Assembly (NCBI RefSeq): GCF_001194135.2
Contig: NC_068981.1
Coordinates: forward strand, 49,096,381-49,145,037
Direction: 5' to 3'
Length of the DNA: 48,657 nt
From: Octopus bimaculoides
Taxonomy: Eukaryota
Part shown: positions 24,093 through 38,017 of the stretch, piece by piece
How the letters are laid out: every line of letters starts with the position of its first letter
Numbering within the stretch: position 1 is the first letter of the stretch
The notes under the pieces: generated by a model
Database searches by the model: none
What the model was told of the DNA's origin: nothing
Seen by the model: only the letters and a program-made list of their open reading frames with translations
Made by a program: the position numbers and the translations under genes

Positions 24093-26496
24093 NNNNNNNN
24101 NNNNNNNNNNNNNNNNNNNNNNNNNNNNNNNNNNNNNNNNNNNNNNNNNNNNNNNNNNNNNNNNNNNNNNNNNNNNNNNNNNNNNNNNNNNNNNNNNNNN
24201 NNNNNNNNNNNNNNNNNNNNNNNNNNNNNNNNNNNNNNNNNNNNNNNNNNNNNNNNNNNNNNNNNNNNNNNNNNNNNNNNNNNNNNNNNNNNNNNNNNNN
24301 NNNNNNNNNNNNNNNNNNNNNNNNNNNNNNNNNNNNNNNNNNNNNNNNNNNNNNNNNNNNNNNNNNNNNNNNNNNNNNNNNNNNNNNNNNATATTCCTCT
24401 TTATATCTGTATTTATCTATCTACATCCCTATACACACACAGTCATATACATATATGTAGAAGGTTGAAAAGGAACACACGAGTTGATATGCATAAGGAA
24501 AATAAGTCAAGGTAGAACATGCTAAAATAATTCTATCATCTAAAACATTTTAGTACCGGTTTCAGTCATTAATACTTTTTCATCTCTAAGCATGGAAAAC
24601 AATTAAATTTTGGAAAAATTAAGTGAAAAGTTTTTTAAAATAATATTTGTATTCAAATAAAAGGGTAATTTTTTTGTTTCTGCCTGTCTCTCTTGTTTAC
24701 TCTTGTGTGTTCGAGGTTGTTCACAACGATCTTGAACCCACAAGACCAGCTACAATTGAGAAGGGCAGAGAAAGTCTATAAGCATCCCCATTTCCTTAAT
24801 GGCGAGTCAGTTTCGGAACCTTATTGAAACTTGAAATTATCTCAAGAAATTAAAGAACCTAAAGTAGTATTATTTATCCACGCATAAGAAACTTAAGTAT
24901 ATGCAAATTGCAACATTACCAATCAAACACTAATTAAGATACTCTCCTACGAGATAAAAAAAAAACGGTGGAGGTCAAAATAATAACCGCAATGTACAGA
25001 AATTACTACGAATCATCAATAGTGCACAGATAAAAAGAACGGAAGGGAATAAATATCTTGAAAACAATGAATTGTAAGGAAATTACACTTTGCTAACATC
25101 TTAGCCAAGCTCAATATAATCAACTGAGCGAAAGAAGAATTGGGCTTAGTGATCTACATTCTAGAGGATGTAAAACCTCAGAACTCCGTTATTGATACCA
25201 GAAGTATACTATTATAAAATTAATTTGAAATGCAAGCACAGAAAATATCTCATGACGTGAAACAAAGTAACTTTATGAGGCTGTATGAAAACATTACCAT
25301 TATGGTAATAATTATTGAAATCATTCACAATTTTAAACAATGTAAAACTATGATAGCCTAATGAAACAAGGTATACAATAGAAACATCACCTTAGTGAAA
25401 ATTGAAATATTTCACTGAGTTCACACATAAGTAGACAGAATGGCAATTATGTTACAAAGCTCAGTTAAAGTCGTAATGTTCACGGAGACACAAAACTATA
25501 TTGACGCAAAAATAAGTGAATAAAAATAACTCTAGGGAAACAGGACAGGGCTTAGTATAAGATGTTAGGACCTCACTGATCATATTGACAAGAGGAATGT
25601 TTTGTTGGCTCATGAAAACTGACAACAGATAATCATTTTCAGAATAATATTGTAAGGAACCAAGTTCTAAAAACATGTTCGATAAACAATAGCGACCAGT
25701 GTAAATTGAAGATAAATGAAAACATCAAAAAGACAGCATTATTCCGGCTTGAATACGTTCTATTATTTGTGAGAGTGATGTACATCAACACAAACATTCT
25801 GAATAAAAGATCACTTGTGAATTACAAAATAAAGCAACGACGTATTACCCATGACAAATATGTACAGCATTGAAATAATACTCGTTCATGGATTGTGAAA
25901 TGCATAGCAAGGTAGAATATAAGCAAAAACTAATGGAAATCGAATGAAATATAATACAAGTAAATTTTGTAGCTGAAAGATACATAAGTAGAAGTATCAT
26001 TATAAAATATGACAACGATTATTCCCCATATAATACTTGCAACGATACGTTGGGAACTTTTGAATACATGTTAAACTGTTTGTGTGTTCATAATTATATA
26101 TGTATGCTGAGTTATACGTTTAACTGTGTTCCTGTGTGAGCAACTTAGAGGATGCTTCTGGAAAATGAATAACTAATGCATCAACGAATACAGAGACGTA
26201 ACAGAAGAAACAGACAGCGTTATTAGATAGAAAGCTCATCATCTGCTATACAGCAGTCATTCCAGACATATCAGATTTAATGGCTTTTGAGAGCATATTG
26301 AAGAAAATCCAGGAGACGTAAGATTACATTTGTTAGTTTCAGTTTTCAATGCTATTGAAAAATATCTAACTTAAAATCCATTAAGGAAATGAGAAAAAAA
26401 AAATGATGAAGAATACATGAAAAAAAAATCATTAGACAATGCATCAGAATATAATGAATGTCACAAAAACAAAGGCATAACAAACTGTATATATAT

Positions 26497-26504
26497 GTGC
26501 GTTT

Positions 26505-26553
<49 letters not shown>

Positions 26554-26727
26554 TGCGTATGTGTGTGTGTGTAATCGTATATTAGTACGCACGCAGGAAT
26601 GCTTCGATATACATACGCACTCACACACACTCATATTATATATATATATATGTATGTGTGAGTGTGTGTGTGTATACACATATATACATATATAAATAAG
26701 TATATATATATACATATATGTATACAT

Positions 26728-26762
<35 letters not shown>
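26497..26762. repeat. Compound (TG)n(GA)n(TG)n...(TA)n microsatellite
   Basis: Directly visible; borders a gap. Confidence 0.93.
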
Positions 26763-27382
26763 NNNNNNNNNNNNNNNNNNNNNNNNNNNNNNNNNNNNNN
26801 TATATACGTATGTATGCAAGTGAAAGATCATACACAGAGAATACGAGTATCACATAAATTCAACATTTGAAAGGTGTACTGAAATATCAGTACGTAAAAA
26901 GGAAAAGAGAAAATAGAACTTTCGTGTTGCCAAAAGTGCGGTGAGAACAGAATAATTAACAAGCTATTGTAAAAACAGATAATTCACATTGAAATAACAA
27001 TGTTTCATTTAATATTGGGAAGTAATTTCTCTAGTTCAATCGACCATCTCTTTATATTTTGAAAGAGCTGTTTTCTAAATTTATGATTGCCTTTCGGTTA
27101 GTTGTGGACACAATCTAAGACATTTCTTTCCTATGTTAAGTACTAGAAGGTTAATAGAATGTGCTTACTACCCATCTTTCTTAGAGACATTGATAAACAT
27201 AACTGCACTCTTACTTTCGTATACATATGTCTTCGAGTGGGGTTTTTTTTTGTATTATTATGTACGGTTCACTGCAGAAATACCATAGTTATATCAAATA
27301 ACTGTTCCTCTCACAGCTTATATCTTTACTCATCTGGTTCCAGATTTTATGCATTTCAGAGAAAAGCAATATCTGAATAAGT

Positions 27383-27630
27383 AATTATTATTATTATATT
27401 AGTTTGACTCAGATTCCCTCTTATTCCTAGTAAGAATTATGTAGGTAGCGGGTTACTACATGTAACCTTAGGTATCCGCAAGTTTTCAGCGGTCTTCCCA
27501 GTTTTTCGAACACTCCTGATGATCCTTGCTGTCCCCAAAATACAAACTTATTGTAGGAGCTCCACTGGACATTCTATTTCCACCTCATTCAGCTATTTGT
27601 CTATATATTTGGGTATAGTTCCCAAAACAG
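27383..27630 (-). mobile_element. R4/Dong-clade non-LTR retrotransposon, short 3' end with (TAA)n tail
   Basis: The minus translation VLGTIPKYIDK*LNEVEIECPVELLQ*VCILGTARIIRSV matches the R4/Dong terminal motif GALGTIP...LQKxxxLGTARIIRxVL. It is followed by a 3' UTR ending ctaatataataataataattac. Confidence 0.78.
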
Positions 27631-28039
27631 ATTATTGTTTTTGAGTGAAAGAGAAGCGTATGCCATCAAAGTGGCACTGGCGCAAAATATACGAAGTCCA
27701 GTATACACATCATGACTACCCGTCTGATAAAGGTACACAGGGGACATGAATCACAACCACATGTACACGACATAGTGATCTCATATCATGAAAAACAGCA
27801 CATGACTTTCCAGGTAGGAGACAAGTTACACTTTTCTTCATGTAGAGTAGCCAATCCTTCACGAAGTTCTCTGTTTCCGGAGGTTAATTATCGAAACCCC
27901 TAAAAATTCCTCTCAACACGTGGCTATGATGCTCACCCACTACTTCTGCTCGTGATCAGAGATGCTCATATCGCCATCAACTAAGGGACATCTTAACTCG
28001 ATAAACTCAAACAATTTGAAAAACAAATCTGTGGTATTT

Positions 28040-29200
28040 TCTCTTTATCAGAGGTTTTGTTGTAGCCCCTGGAGTCTTGCTCACGTGACGAGCTTATTAG
28101 CTGCAGCTTACGGTACCATGTTATCCGTTCTTTCCAGCCATCTAAAGCTCTCGCGATTTGAACGTGCCACGGTGGCAAAAGCTTTGTAATAGTTATACTG
28201 GGAACTTTACTCCAATTTCCTTTATATTCCTCTTGCTGTTTTCTGATATTGTTCCCAAAGACCCAACAATAATCTTCACCTTCATTTTTCATAGCCGGGA
28301 AATTTCGTACTTAAGGGGCTTATATATATCTATCTATATTTTCGCCTTCTTCGTGGGTCAAAGGGGCAGGCAACATAAACTCTATAGTATATGTGGTTCA
28401 ACTTGTCCACCACCAGTAGGCCTAGTCTGTTATACTCTATCACCTGATCTGTTTGGATTGAGAAGTCCCAGAGGATTTTACTAGTCACCAACTGTGCCAC
28501 TCTCTGCGGTTTGTTCTCATACCATGTCTTATCTCTCTCGATCCCCCACTTTTAGTACAACTTCAAATGTGGCACATTCGCTACCTGGTCGTGTCGCCAC
28601 AGCTTGTAATGGATTTGGGCAAGTCTAGTGCAGTTGTTGGTGATATGGACAACGCTTTTATTCACTCTATTGCAGATGTGGCAGAGCGGAAACACTTGCT
28701 CTGCTTTAAAGTTGATCCTCCAGTTCGTGGCCACAGCTTGGTCTTGCGCTGCCAGTATAATGCCCTCGGTCTCTTTTTGTAGGGTTCATTTTATCAACCA
28801 ATCCCACCTATTTCTTCCGGCAACTTCTGTTGAGGCTACACGGAATTGATTGTGTAGTCCCTTCTTGTATAATTCTTCTCGTGTCCTTTTTGTATTTCTT
28901 TGTTTTCCCATTTTCCTCTGCTCTGAATACTCCCTTGTTCCTAACTGTCACTAACACAGTTTCCTTACATTGGTCTAGGTATTACATTAGGCTCTCGAGT
29001 TTGGTACGCACGCAGTCTTCCAAACTTATAAATCTCCTTCCTCCTTTTGCTCTCCTCCTGTATAGGCGATCGGTGTCAAGTAAATGATAAAGATTGTCTG
29101 GTGTCTTACTCCCTCTTCGTGTTTCACAATTGTCCGGCCATTTTTTAAATTCTTGATCTACTCATACTGTTCAGCGTGGTAGAGTGCAGTACCCGTATTG
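28040..29200 (-). mobile_element. R4/Dong-clade non-LTR retrotransposon remnant (end of RT, CCHC knuckle, restriction-like endonuclease)
   Basis: Ordered minus-strand motifs: DTDRLYRRRAKGGRRFISLEDC; KETEGIILAAQDQAVATNW; PLCHICNRVNKSVVHITNNCTRLAQIHYKLWRHDQVA (C-x2-C-x7-H-x4-C); QTDQVIEYNRLGLLVVDK (decayed RPD motif); PLKYEISRL*KMKVKIIVGSLGTIS; LLQKLL...IARALD. Many stops and frameshifts. Confidence 0.92.
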
Positions 29201-31454
29201 TACAGATCTCCTCAGTCCCTGACAAAGAGAAATTGTATCGTTGAGCTGCGTGCAACAGTAAGGAAATTTCTTTCAAGTTACAACCATCCGTCTACATAAC
29301 AAAGACATTTTATAACGTTTATATTAATTATATACAGTGTTGGCTCCACAAAGTATAGAACATTTTCATTGTAAGTTTAACTAAACTTTTCGTAAGCGCT
29401 GAAATTACATTCAAACCAAACTAACGTCTTATAAACTCTAGTTAAGTATATACCAGAAATATTAGAGTATATACGCGTTAGTGTAAATCTTCCTACATGT
29501 ATGTGTGCAATACCACATACGTGTAGGAATGCCCAACTGTGACAACGTGTCGGAAATACTGGATGGCACATTCTTATGTCTGCTGTGAATATATGATGCT
29601 TAAATGTAAGGTCCTGTAGTTAGTAATGAAGTATAGCGAGGAAACTTTTTCAAATTTGGTGGAGAATCTACGAAAGATTGTTCATGATAGAGGGAAATAT
29701 ATATCATTGACCTATCCACATTCTCCACTCGCCAATCATATTTCCTTGTTATTAACGAGACTTTATAATTTGGTGTTATGAATAAAATCAGGTGACAAAG
29801 AAAACTACAATAGACTTTCTAAAGTCAGAGCTAATTGCATTCAACTAAACCAGATTTGTTAATACCTTTACAATATTAATGCTAGTGCCAATACGTAGAA
29901 TACTAGATTGGAAACTGGAAAATTCGGTATATTAATATTAACTCTGTAGCGATTGTAAACGATACAGGAAGCTTTCATATCAACTGTAACAATGACAGAT
30001 TCTTTATTAAACAGTGAGATGGATGCAGAAACATAAAGTAGATTCAAACGATCTTCGAATGTCGCATCCTCTACTAAATAATAATGAGTGTGTAATTTAC
30101 AGCAAAACTAACAATAACTTTTAGTGGAGAACTCAACAATAGGTACAAAAAGAGTGCAGCCGTTCCTGTGCACTAATTATAGCCCGACTAACATAATGAA
30201 GAAAAGCATAACTTGACACAATTGTATCAGTGAATACATATTCTACAATTCTAGAATACCAACACGTGTCGTATGAATAATAATCACTTCTTAGATAGAT
30301 ATCACTTTTTCAGTAACTACATGATCAATAAAGTATACAAATAACTCCACTTCTTTCATCCTAACTTTCTTTGTTTCTATATTTCTCCAATAAACACATC
30401 CACAACCAACCACAAATTACTATGTCTATCCAACTTCAAATAATGATATTGAAATTTTGCATATATATTTAATTATCTGAAGCCTCGCTTTCATCAAAAG
30501 TTTCTGCAGTGTCGACAGGTACATATAAAATTGCTTAGCTCAGCGCCAACGCGAAACATGGAGGAAATAACAGTTGGAAGTATAATTCTTCCACTATTTT
30601 AATTACTGTACGAGATAAAGTGGGAGAGAAACGAACAGACAGACAGATCGACAGAGAGGTAGATAAATAGATCAATCAATCTATCGATAGAGATAAAACT
30701 GGAAGAGCTACTTTTAGAAAAACATGTCACAGAAATTTCAGTCATATTCGCATCATATTTTCATATCTTTATTCTCCTCGACATGAAGAATACCTCTGAA
30801 TAAAATTTAAAATGATGAAAGTAAACGTCACGGTACGCATTATTACCTGTTTTAGTTTTTGAGAATATGAAACATTTTAATGGATATTTATATTATTTTA
30901 CATAGCTTAGGTTATATAATATCCACTGTATCATTCAGACGATGAATCGTAATCTTCCCATTCTATCTGGTATTAAGAACTCTTCGTTCAATACCTCTCG
31001 CAAATGGCTACACAGGATAAGTGAAAAGGAATTTTAAATTAAATAAAACTATTACTAAGCATTAAGGAGTTAATAGAAGAGTGGTAAGAAGGGAATATTC
31101 ACAGATGACTTGACCTTCTTTTGTGGTGTCATCTATTATAGACAACAGTAGAAATACTTTTAAATAATATCTTATCTTCTTTTCGTTTAGGATCTCAACT
31201 GATATTGAAATACAATTATAAGTCTCCGTTATTATTAAGTAGCACGTGCAGCGTATGAATATAAGCGAAAATTAAATTGAACCCCATTAATAAAATCTCA
31301 AAAACCTATCGCTCTTCATAAGCACCATCCTAAAGCAGATTTTCAATCATCATGCCTGTCGGAGTTCAAACAAAATTCATTACATCAAAAAATAATATTG
31401 GACTTTAACAGATAAACAATGAAACACACGCATACGCTAACACGTATAAATGTA

Positions 31455-31561
31455 TTACACACACCCACAAACATACACACGCACGCACACACACACACAC
31501 ACAGACACGCACGCTCGCACACACACACATACACACACACACATACACACACCCACACACC

Positions 31562-31599
<38 letters not shown>

Positions 31600-31612
31600 C
31601 ATACATACATGG
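31455..31612. repeat. Compound (CA)n/(TA)n microsatellite
   Basis: Directly visible. Confidence 0.95.
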
Positions 31613-33283
31613 AAATATCAAAGATTCTGCGTATAATTGTATATGCGAGTTTATTGTTTGTGAAAGTACTTATACAATGGTATATTTCAGCCTGAAAGTA
31701 ATGTAAGGACGCATTAATATTATTGAACATATATGTGAATGGATCTCAGCATGATATACGTCTTCAAACGTATTTGACGCTGCACTGCATGTTGACATGT
31801 GTCACTAAAATAGGTGATCTGAATACAGTATTACCATGGGAGCGGAAATCAGTTATGAAAATTAAAAAGCATGTGAAAATGGTTGTATTGTTGCCTCACG
31901 GGAAGTTTGTTTAATCTTGTGAGATGCTATATTTATGTGACTTAAATGATATGAAATAATAATGAACGGAGTGAAGACGGAGAAACGAAGAACGTATTGA
32001 AAACATCAAAAGCAAACATACACAGACATTTGGGGTGAAAAATGAAAATAAAATGAATGCCTGAATTTGCTTTCAAGATATGCTAGCGATACCCTTCCTT
32101 ATTACTTTTTTTACCTTTTTTTTCCTAATAAAATTCTTTCTTGATTGAATCTTCCAGAAGAAATATTCGAGAAACAGCCACGTTAAAAAAACATTGGATG
32201 TATTGTATTATAATCAAACAAAACGAAACAAATTTAAAGAAATCATTTCAAGATAGAAATAAAATGGAGGAAAAAGAAAAAAAGCACAACAAACAGCATG
32301 AATAACAATAATATATTTATTCCTGTATATATTGAAAATGGAAGTCATTTTCATTGTTTTGGTTTTTATAAATACGTTTCTTTTTCTTGTTATTTCTATA
32401 AATGTTGTATACCTTTACTTTTTCAGAAAATAACTTAATCTCGTTTACTTTTTATTTCTGCTTTTTTTTTTTCAATTAGTTTCGATTTTCTTTAACGTTC
32501 TTCAGAATTCGTGACTCTTAAGAAATATGTGATTGGTTATCTGTTATTTTCTATATATTTATTGATTACCTGTATTATCTACAATTTTTTTACCTCCTTT
32601 CGTCGTGAATTGAAGCTTTAAAATATCGGCTATAATTCACAATAATGACAAATTTATTAAACAAAGAAAGAAATAAAAAGATGCTTTGGCGTATCTAAAG
32701 AGGGGTCCTTTTTTAACAATTTGATTTTCACTTTATATCATTTTCTATCATATTTTGCTACTTCAAAATATTATCTCGTTACGTAGATAGATTTCTATAA
32801 ATATGTATGTTGGTCCCGTGATATTGCCAATTTTTATTAAATAGCACACACACTGTATCTGCATAAGTATATGCACACACATATACACACACACACATAT
32901 GTACGTATATATATATACACACAGAGAGAAAGGAGTGGGAAGAAAAGGAGGAGGATAGTAATTGAGGGTGGATGTGTATCTTTTAAAATTGCTTTATCGA
33001 AGATAAGGCAATGTTCCATGACACTTTTGTTATAGATGTTGTTCATATTTTATATGTAGTTTATTACTGTTCCGAGTGAAACTGAAACATTAATGTTTCA
33101 AATGCTTCAAAGCCTCTAAATTAATCAAAGTTGGTGTCCAAATGCCATGATAGAAATTCCAAATTAATTTTACATTCTATGTAGGCTTTAAGATAACAAG
33201 AAGAATTTGTTGAGAATAGTTATGGGTGACTTGATACAAACTCATCGAGGGGACTCGCAGCAATCTCTAATTTAATTTTCTAG

Positions 33284-33630
33284 GAAGATGCAAAGGTGTT
33301 TTTCGTCGGGGTTGCAGACTGATGACCAATATGTGCGGCTAACAACTATCAAAAGAGAACATCAGCGTGTAACCACAAGTGCAAGAAAAACTGCTTCAGC
33401 AAAATCGAGGACAGAAGACAGGAAAGGAAATGTATCAGCATCACCAGTGACAATTTCACCACCCTTCGATCACAAAACAATAACAGAACACCCTTTTATA
33501 ACCCCGCAAAAATAACATTCAGCTGCCCTAGTTAGCTATAATACAGAAACAGTGATACAGCGACACGCAAAGATCTGTATCAGTGTTCTAAGCTTTTCCT
33601 CTCTAATGCTTCGTCGCACACCAAAGAAAG
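33284..33630 (+). other. Candidate 347-nt exon (5' UTR with uORF plus possible start codon at 33606)
   Basis: Branch-like ctctaat plus aattttctAG| acceptor, and consensus donor AAG|GTAAGC at 33631. It holds a 75-aa ORF (33288-33515). The same frame resumes after TAA, and the ATG at 33606 gives MLRRTPKK+G (phase 1). Confidence 0.45.
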
Positions 33631-33860
33631 GTAAGCAAAAGCAAAATAAAACTTGATGTTATTAAACCGAACACTGAAAATGCTGGTTTTCTGGTAAAAA
33701 AAAGTTAGCAATTACTCACAAAATTTTGTTTAGATAATGTTAATTTTTAATTCAATTTCATTCTTTATAGTTATTTTTTCATCATAACATCAGTCATACC
33801 CGAAACATCTTACTTTGTAGATATTTCGCAACAACATATTGATATTGTTGATATTTGAGA

Positions 33861-33945
33861 GTGTGTGTGTGCGTGTGTGTGTTTGTGTGTGTGTGTGCGT
33901 GTGTGTGTGCGTGTGTGTGTGTGTGTGTGTGCGTGTGTATGTATG
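33861..33945. repeat. (TG)n microsatellite, imperfect
   Basis: Directly visible. Confidence 0.95.
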
Positions 33946-36323
33946 CTGGTATACTCTTGTAAACGAAGTTCTTGTTCAGTTTTGAGAAATTATATGCTAC
34001 GACAATACAGATCAAGCACGTCACCAAATCAGCCTCCACTAATTTATTGTTAATTGAAAATCTCATAGTTTATCGAATTTAGAAATGAATTTGAAAAACG
34101 ACACAAAGCAATTTTATTGAACTGCAACACTAATATGAGCCTAATAATTTATATATATGGATCTCGCCTTCAGAATTCTTACTCTCAAAGAGTGATTTCA
34201 AAACTTGACATATTAAGCACGTAACTTGTCTCAAACTGTCGCTAAATTTTATGAACGAATGGAAACGTTGGTGAAGTGTGATAGTGCAGACATCGTCGGT
34301 TATAGTTCAACTTTAATCGTAATGTTTACTGCCACGGAAAAAACGTATAAATGTTAAAAATTATTTGAAAGACTAATTTTCTAACGTGTACAATAAACTG
34401 AAAGTGTCTTGAATATTTTATTGAACAACCTACTCAAATACTCATGAGTTTGTAAATGCATAAAGTTTTATTGGGGATACTAGAATGCATTTCATTGACA
34501 GCGCATAGATAAAATCACAAAGAATACTTAGATTTAAAAGAAAGATACACACTTTTTTTCCACAAAATACACTATAATCAGTACATCATGAGTGAAATCG
34601 TAAGAAAATATGTGCATATGTTCAGTAAAACTTAGTGTTATATGACAGCCATTGCTGTACATTTCTTTTCTGGACTTATGTCAATTGTAACGTAACATAA
34701 TAACAAAGTTGTGTCAAGTAGTATTCTGAAAAGCAAATATCATATTTTGACAATACAATGAATGCAATGCGTGATGTAACTACAGAAAGTTTGCATCAGC
34801 AATACATTAGTATCAAACTGCGACACGTTTTCTAGCATTATCCATCATTAATATGATTATTGTTAATGCTTTATACCCCGAAATTTTCAATAAAATGAAA
34901 ACAGCTTCAACAGTGTTTTCCCGCAAATCAAAGTCAGTCTATATTATTCTTAATCCGTTGTGGTAAATATTTTTCTTTTTTTATCCATACTATTGTATTT
35001 ACTTCTGCTATTAGTATTCTAATTTTAGACGTATGTGCTATTCGTGTCCATTATATTTGCCTTTGTTATTGTTTCAGCCGATATTGTATCCCGTTGTATG
35101 AGAATCTCCATGTTTTAGTATATAAGATGAAATATTTCACATTGCATGAATTGTTATTTCCTTTTGAATGTTAAATGCCCAGAAATACTTAAATACATGC
35201 ATACATAAAAACATATATTCACATTCATACATATTTGTGGATATATAGTAACTGATAGACACCGAGTGAGAAAGAGAAAGGGATACATAAAAGATTGATG
35301 GATGAATGGTTATATCTATGGATGGTTATTTAGCTATTTGTGTGTAAGAATGTATTTATCATGATATAAAATAATTTTGATATAGGGTATTACTATAATG
35401 ATCGGTCTATTATCAATNNNNNNNNNNNNNNNNNNNNNNNNNNNNNNNNNNNNNNNNNNNNNNNNNNNNNNNNNNNNNNNNNNNNNNNNNNNNNNNNNNN
35501 NNNNNNNNNNNNNNNNNNNNNNNNNNNNNNNNNNNNNNNNNNNNNNNNNNNNNNNNNNNNNNNNNNNNNNNNNNNNNNNNNNNNNNNNNNNNNNNNNNNN
35601 NNNNNNNNNNNNNNNNNNNNNNNNNNNNNNNNNNNNNNNNNNNNNNNNNNNNNNNNNNNNNNNNNNNNNNNNNNNNNNNNNNNNNNNNNNNNNNNNNNNN
35701 NNNNNNNNNNNNNNNNNNNNNNNNNNNNNNNNNNNNNNNNNNNNNNNNNNNNNNNNNNNNNNNNNNNNNNNNNNNNNNNNNNNNNNNNNNNNTATATATA
35801 TATATTAACACACACATATATATATATATCTATATAAAATAGTTTGTAAAGTGTGTTAACACCGTTTACAAACTCAATGATTGGAATGACCAATTTTAAA
35901 TACTTTTGGAACTTACTCACAAGGTACAGGAATCTTATATATGTAACATTCTGCCTAAATAATAGAACTACAGATACAATATCCCTGCATATCTCACGTT
36001 TATTTTCATTCCTCCCCTTCACTTTCTATTTCATATCGTATCTAGAATTACTATTGCTTAAACATTTCCTCACACAGTCTCCGATGAAGAGATATATGAA
36101 ATATCCCGGAAACAACTGTAAGACTTATTTCTAAATGTCTTATATCTTTCACAGCCTTGGATTTTTATCTCATTGTGTTAATTTTTTTAATATATACACA
36201 TGCTAATACATGACCTACGTTGGTCTCCGCATTCGCATAATCACCGAACCTGAAGCTTAACTATAGTCTGTCCATAGCAATTACTCAGCATTACCTGACA
36301 CCTTTGGGTCTCATTGACACCAT

Positions 36324-36402
<79 letters not shown>

Positions 36403-36408
<6 letters not shown>

Positions 36409-36520
36409 AAGGAGTTACGACGCAAAAACGTATAAATTCAAAAGAACATATGTATCTTCTTCAATATATATTTCAGTATAAAGAATTCATTAAGATGCTT
36501 AAATCAAAATTTCTTTACAC
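36403..36520 (+). repeat. Direct repeat copy 1 (118 bp, partner at 46328-46445)
   Basis: ataataaaggagttacgacgc...aaatttctttacac matches the partner at 117/118 positions. It is truncated by the gap at 36521. Confidence 0.95.
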
Positions 36521-37225
36521 NNNNNNNNNNNNNNNNNNNNNNNNNNNNNNNNNNNNNNNNNNNNNNNNNNNNNNNNNNNNNNNNNNNNNNNNNNNNNNNN
36601 NNNNNNNNNNNNNNNNNNNNNNNNNNNNNNNNNNNNNNNNNNNNNNNNNNNNNNNNNNNNNNNNNNNNNNNNNNNNNNNNNNNNNNNNNNNNNNNNNNNN
36701 NNNNNNNNNNNNNNNNNNNNNNNNNNNNNNNNNNNNNNNNNNNNNNNNNNNNNNNNNNNNNNNNNNNNNNNNNNNNNNNNNNNNNNNNNNNNNNNNNNNN
36801 NNNNNNNNNNNNNNNNNNNNNNNNNNNNNNNNNNNNNNNNNNNNNNNNNNNNNNNNNNNNNNNNNNNNNNNNNNNNNNNNNNNNNNNNNNNNNNNNNNNN
36901 NNNNNNNNNNNNNNNNNNNNNNNNNNNNNNNNNNNNNNNNNNNNNNNNNNNNNNNNNNNNNNNNNNNNNNNNNNNNNNNNNNNNNNNNNNNNNNNNNNNN
37001 NNNNNNNNNNNNNNNNNNNNNNNNNNNNNNNNNNNNNNNNNNNNNNNNNNNNNNNNNNNNNNNNNNNNNNNNNNNNNNNNNNNNNNNNNNNNNNNNNNNN
37101 NNNNNNNNNNNNNNNNNNNNNNNNNNNNNNNNNNNNNNNNNNNNNNNNNNNNNNNNNNNNNNNNNNNNNNNNNNNNNNNNNNNNNNNNNNNNNNNNNNNN
37201 NNNNNNNNNNNNNNNNNNNNNNNNN

Positions 37226-37260
<35 letters not shown>

Positions 37261-37870
37261 ACACATGCACACAAGTATGTATATGTCCATGTGTGAAAGA
37301 TTTTGATAAGTGGGTCCAAGTTTTGTGTATTTAAGTAAAACACGTTATATTACTTTTAATTGTTGCATCTTTGAACAGTTCAATAAAATAGCTCTGCAAG
37401 TGGTAATTCTTCATAATTTCGCAACCTTTTATATTCAATGGACAGCTATTTTGTGGCATAATTTTAGGAAGTATTACGAGGGATAAATATTACTGATAGA
37501 AAATGCCCACCGATTCTCTTAGTAGCCGTTACTTCCATAATATAGATCCTATAATACATGAATATTTTCAGATTTTATCTTTGAGTCGGAATACACTCCT
37601 TCAAGTCTTAAAATAATCTTTTAAACAACGCAGTTATCAAAATGAGTGATCTGTTATGTTACATCTTCTTCATTGAGCAGAAATATATTTCTGAATGCAG
37701 TGGTCAATTCGAGAGCAATTGCTTTGGCCAGTCAGTCAATGTATCATTAATTACAAGAGGAAGACAATTCAATTTTTAAATAGATTATTGAACAGTTCTA
37801 TATTTAATAGATGACGAATTATGTACATTATTTACATTTGACAAATATTTGTCCCCATCTTGTTTGTCAT

Positions 37871-38017
37871 CAGGGGTCTTGAGGAAATTTCGAACCTAGG
37901 TTCTCATTCCTAAGGCATTTTTCGATGTCATTTTTATTATTCAGATTACTGCCTGGAATCGAACTCGGAATCTTGGGGTTAGTCGCCCGCACTCTTAACC
38001 ACTACACTATATGCCCA
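37871..38017 (-). mobile_element. tRNA-derived repeat (SINE head, tRNA-Arg-like) with downstream body
   Basis: The minus strand reads GGGCATATAGTGTAGTGGTTAAGAGTGCGGGCGACTAACCCCAAGATTCCGAGTTCGATTCCAGGCAGTAATC. It has A box (TAGTGGTTAAG) and B box (GAGTTCGATTCC), and AAGATTCC resembles eukaryotic tRNA-Arg. The acceptor stem cannot pair, so it is not a functional tRNA. Confidence 0.75.

Noticed and set aside
37946-38016. Functional tRNA gene
   Set aside because: The acceptor stem does not pair and the sequence continues into a repeat body, so it was treated as a SINE head.
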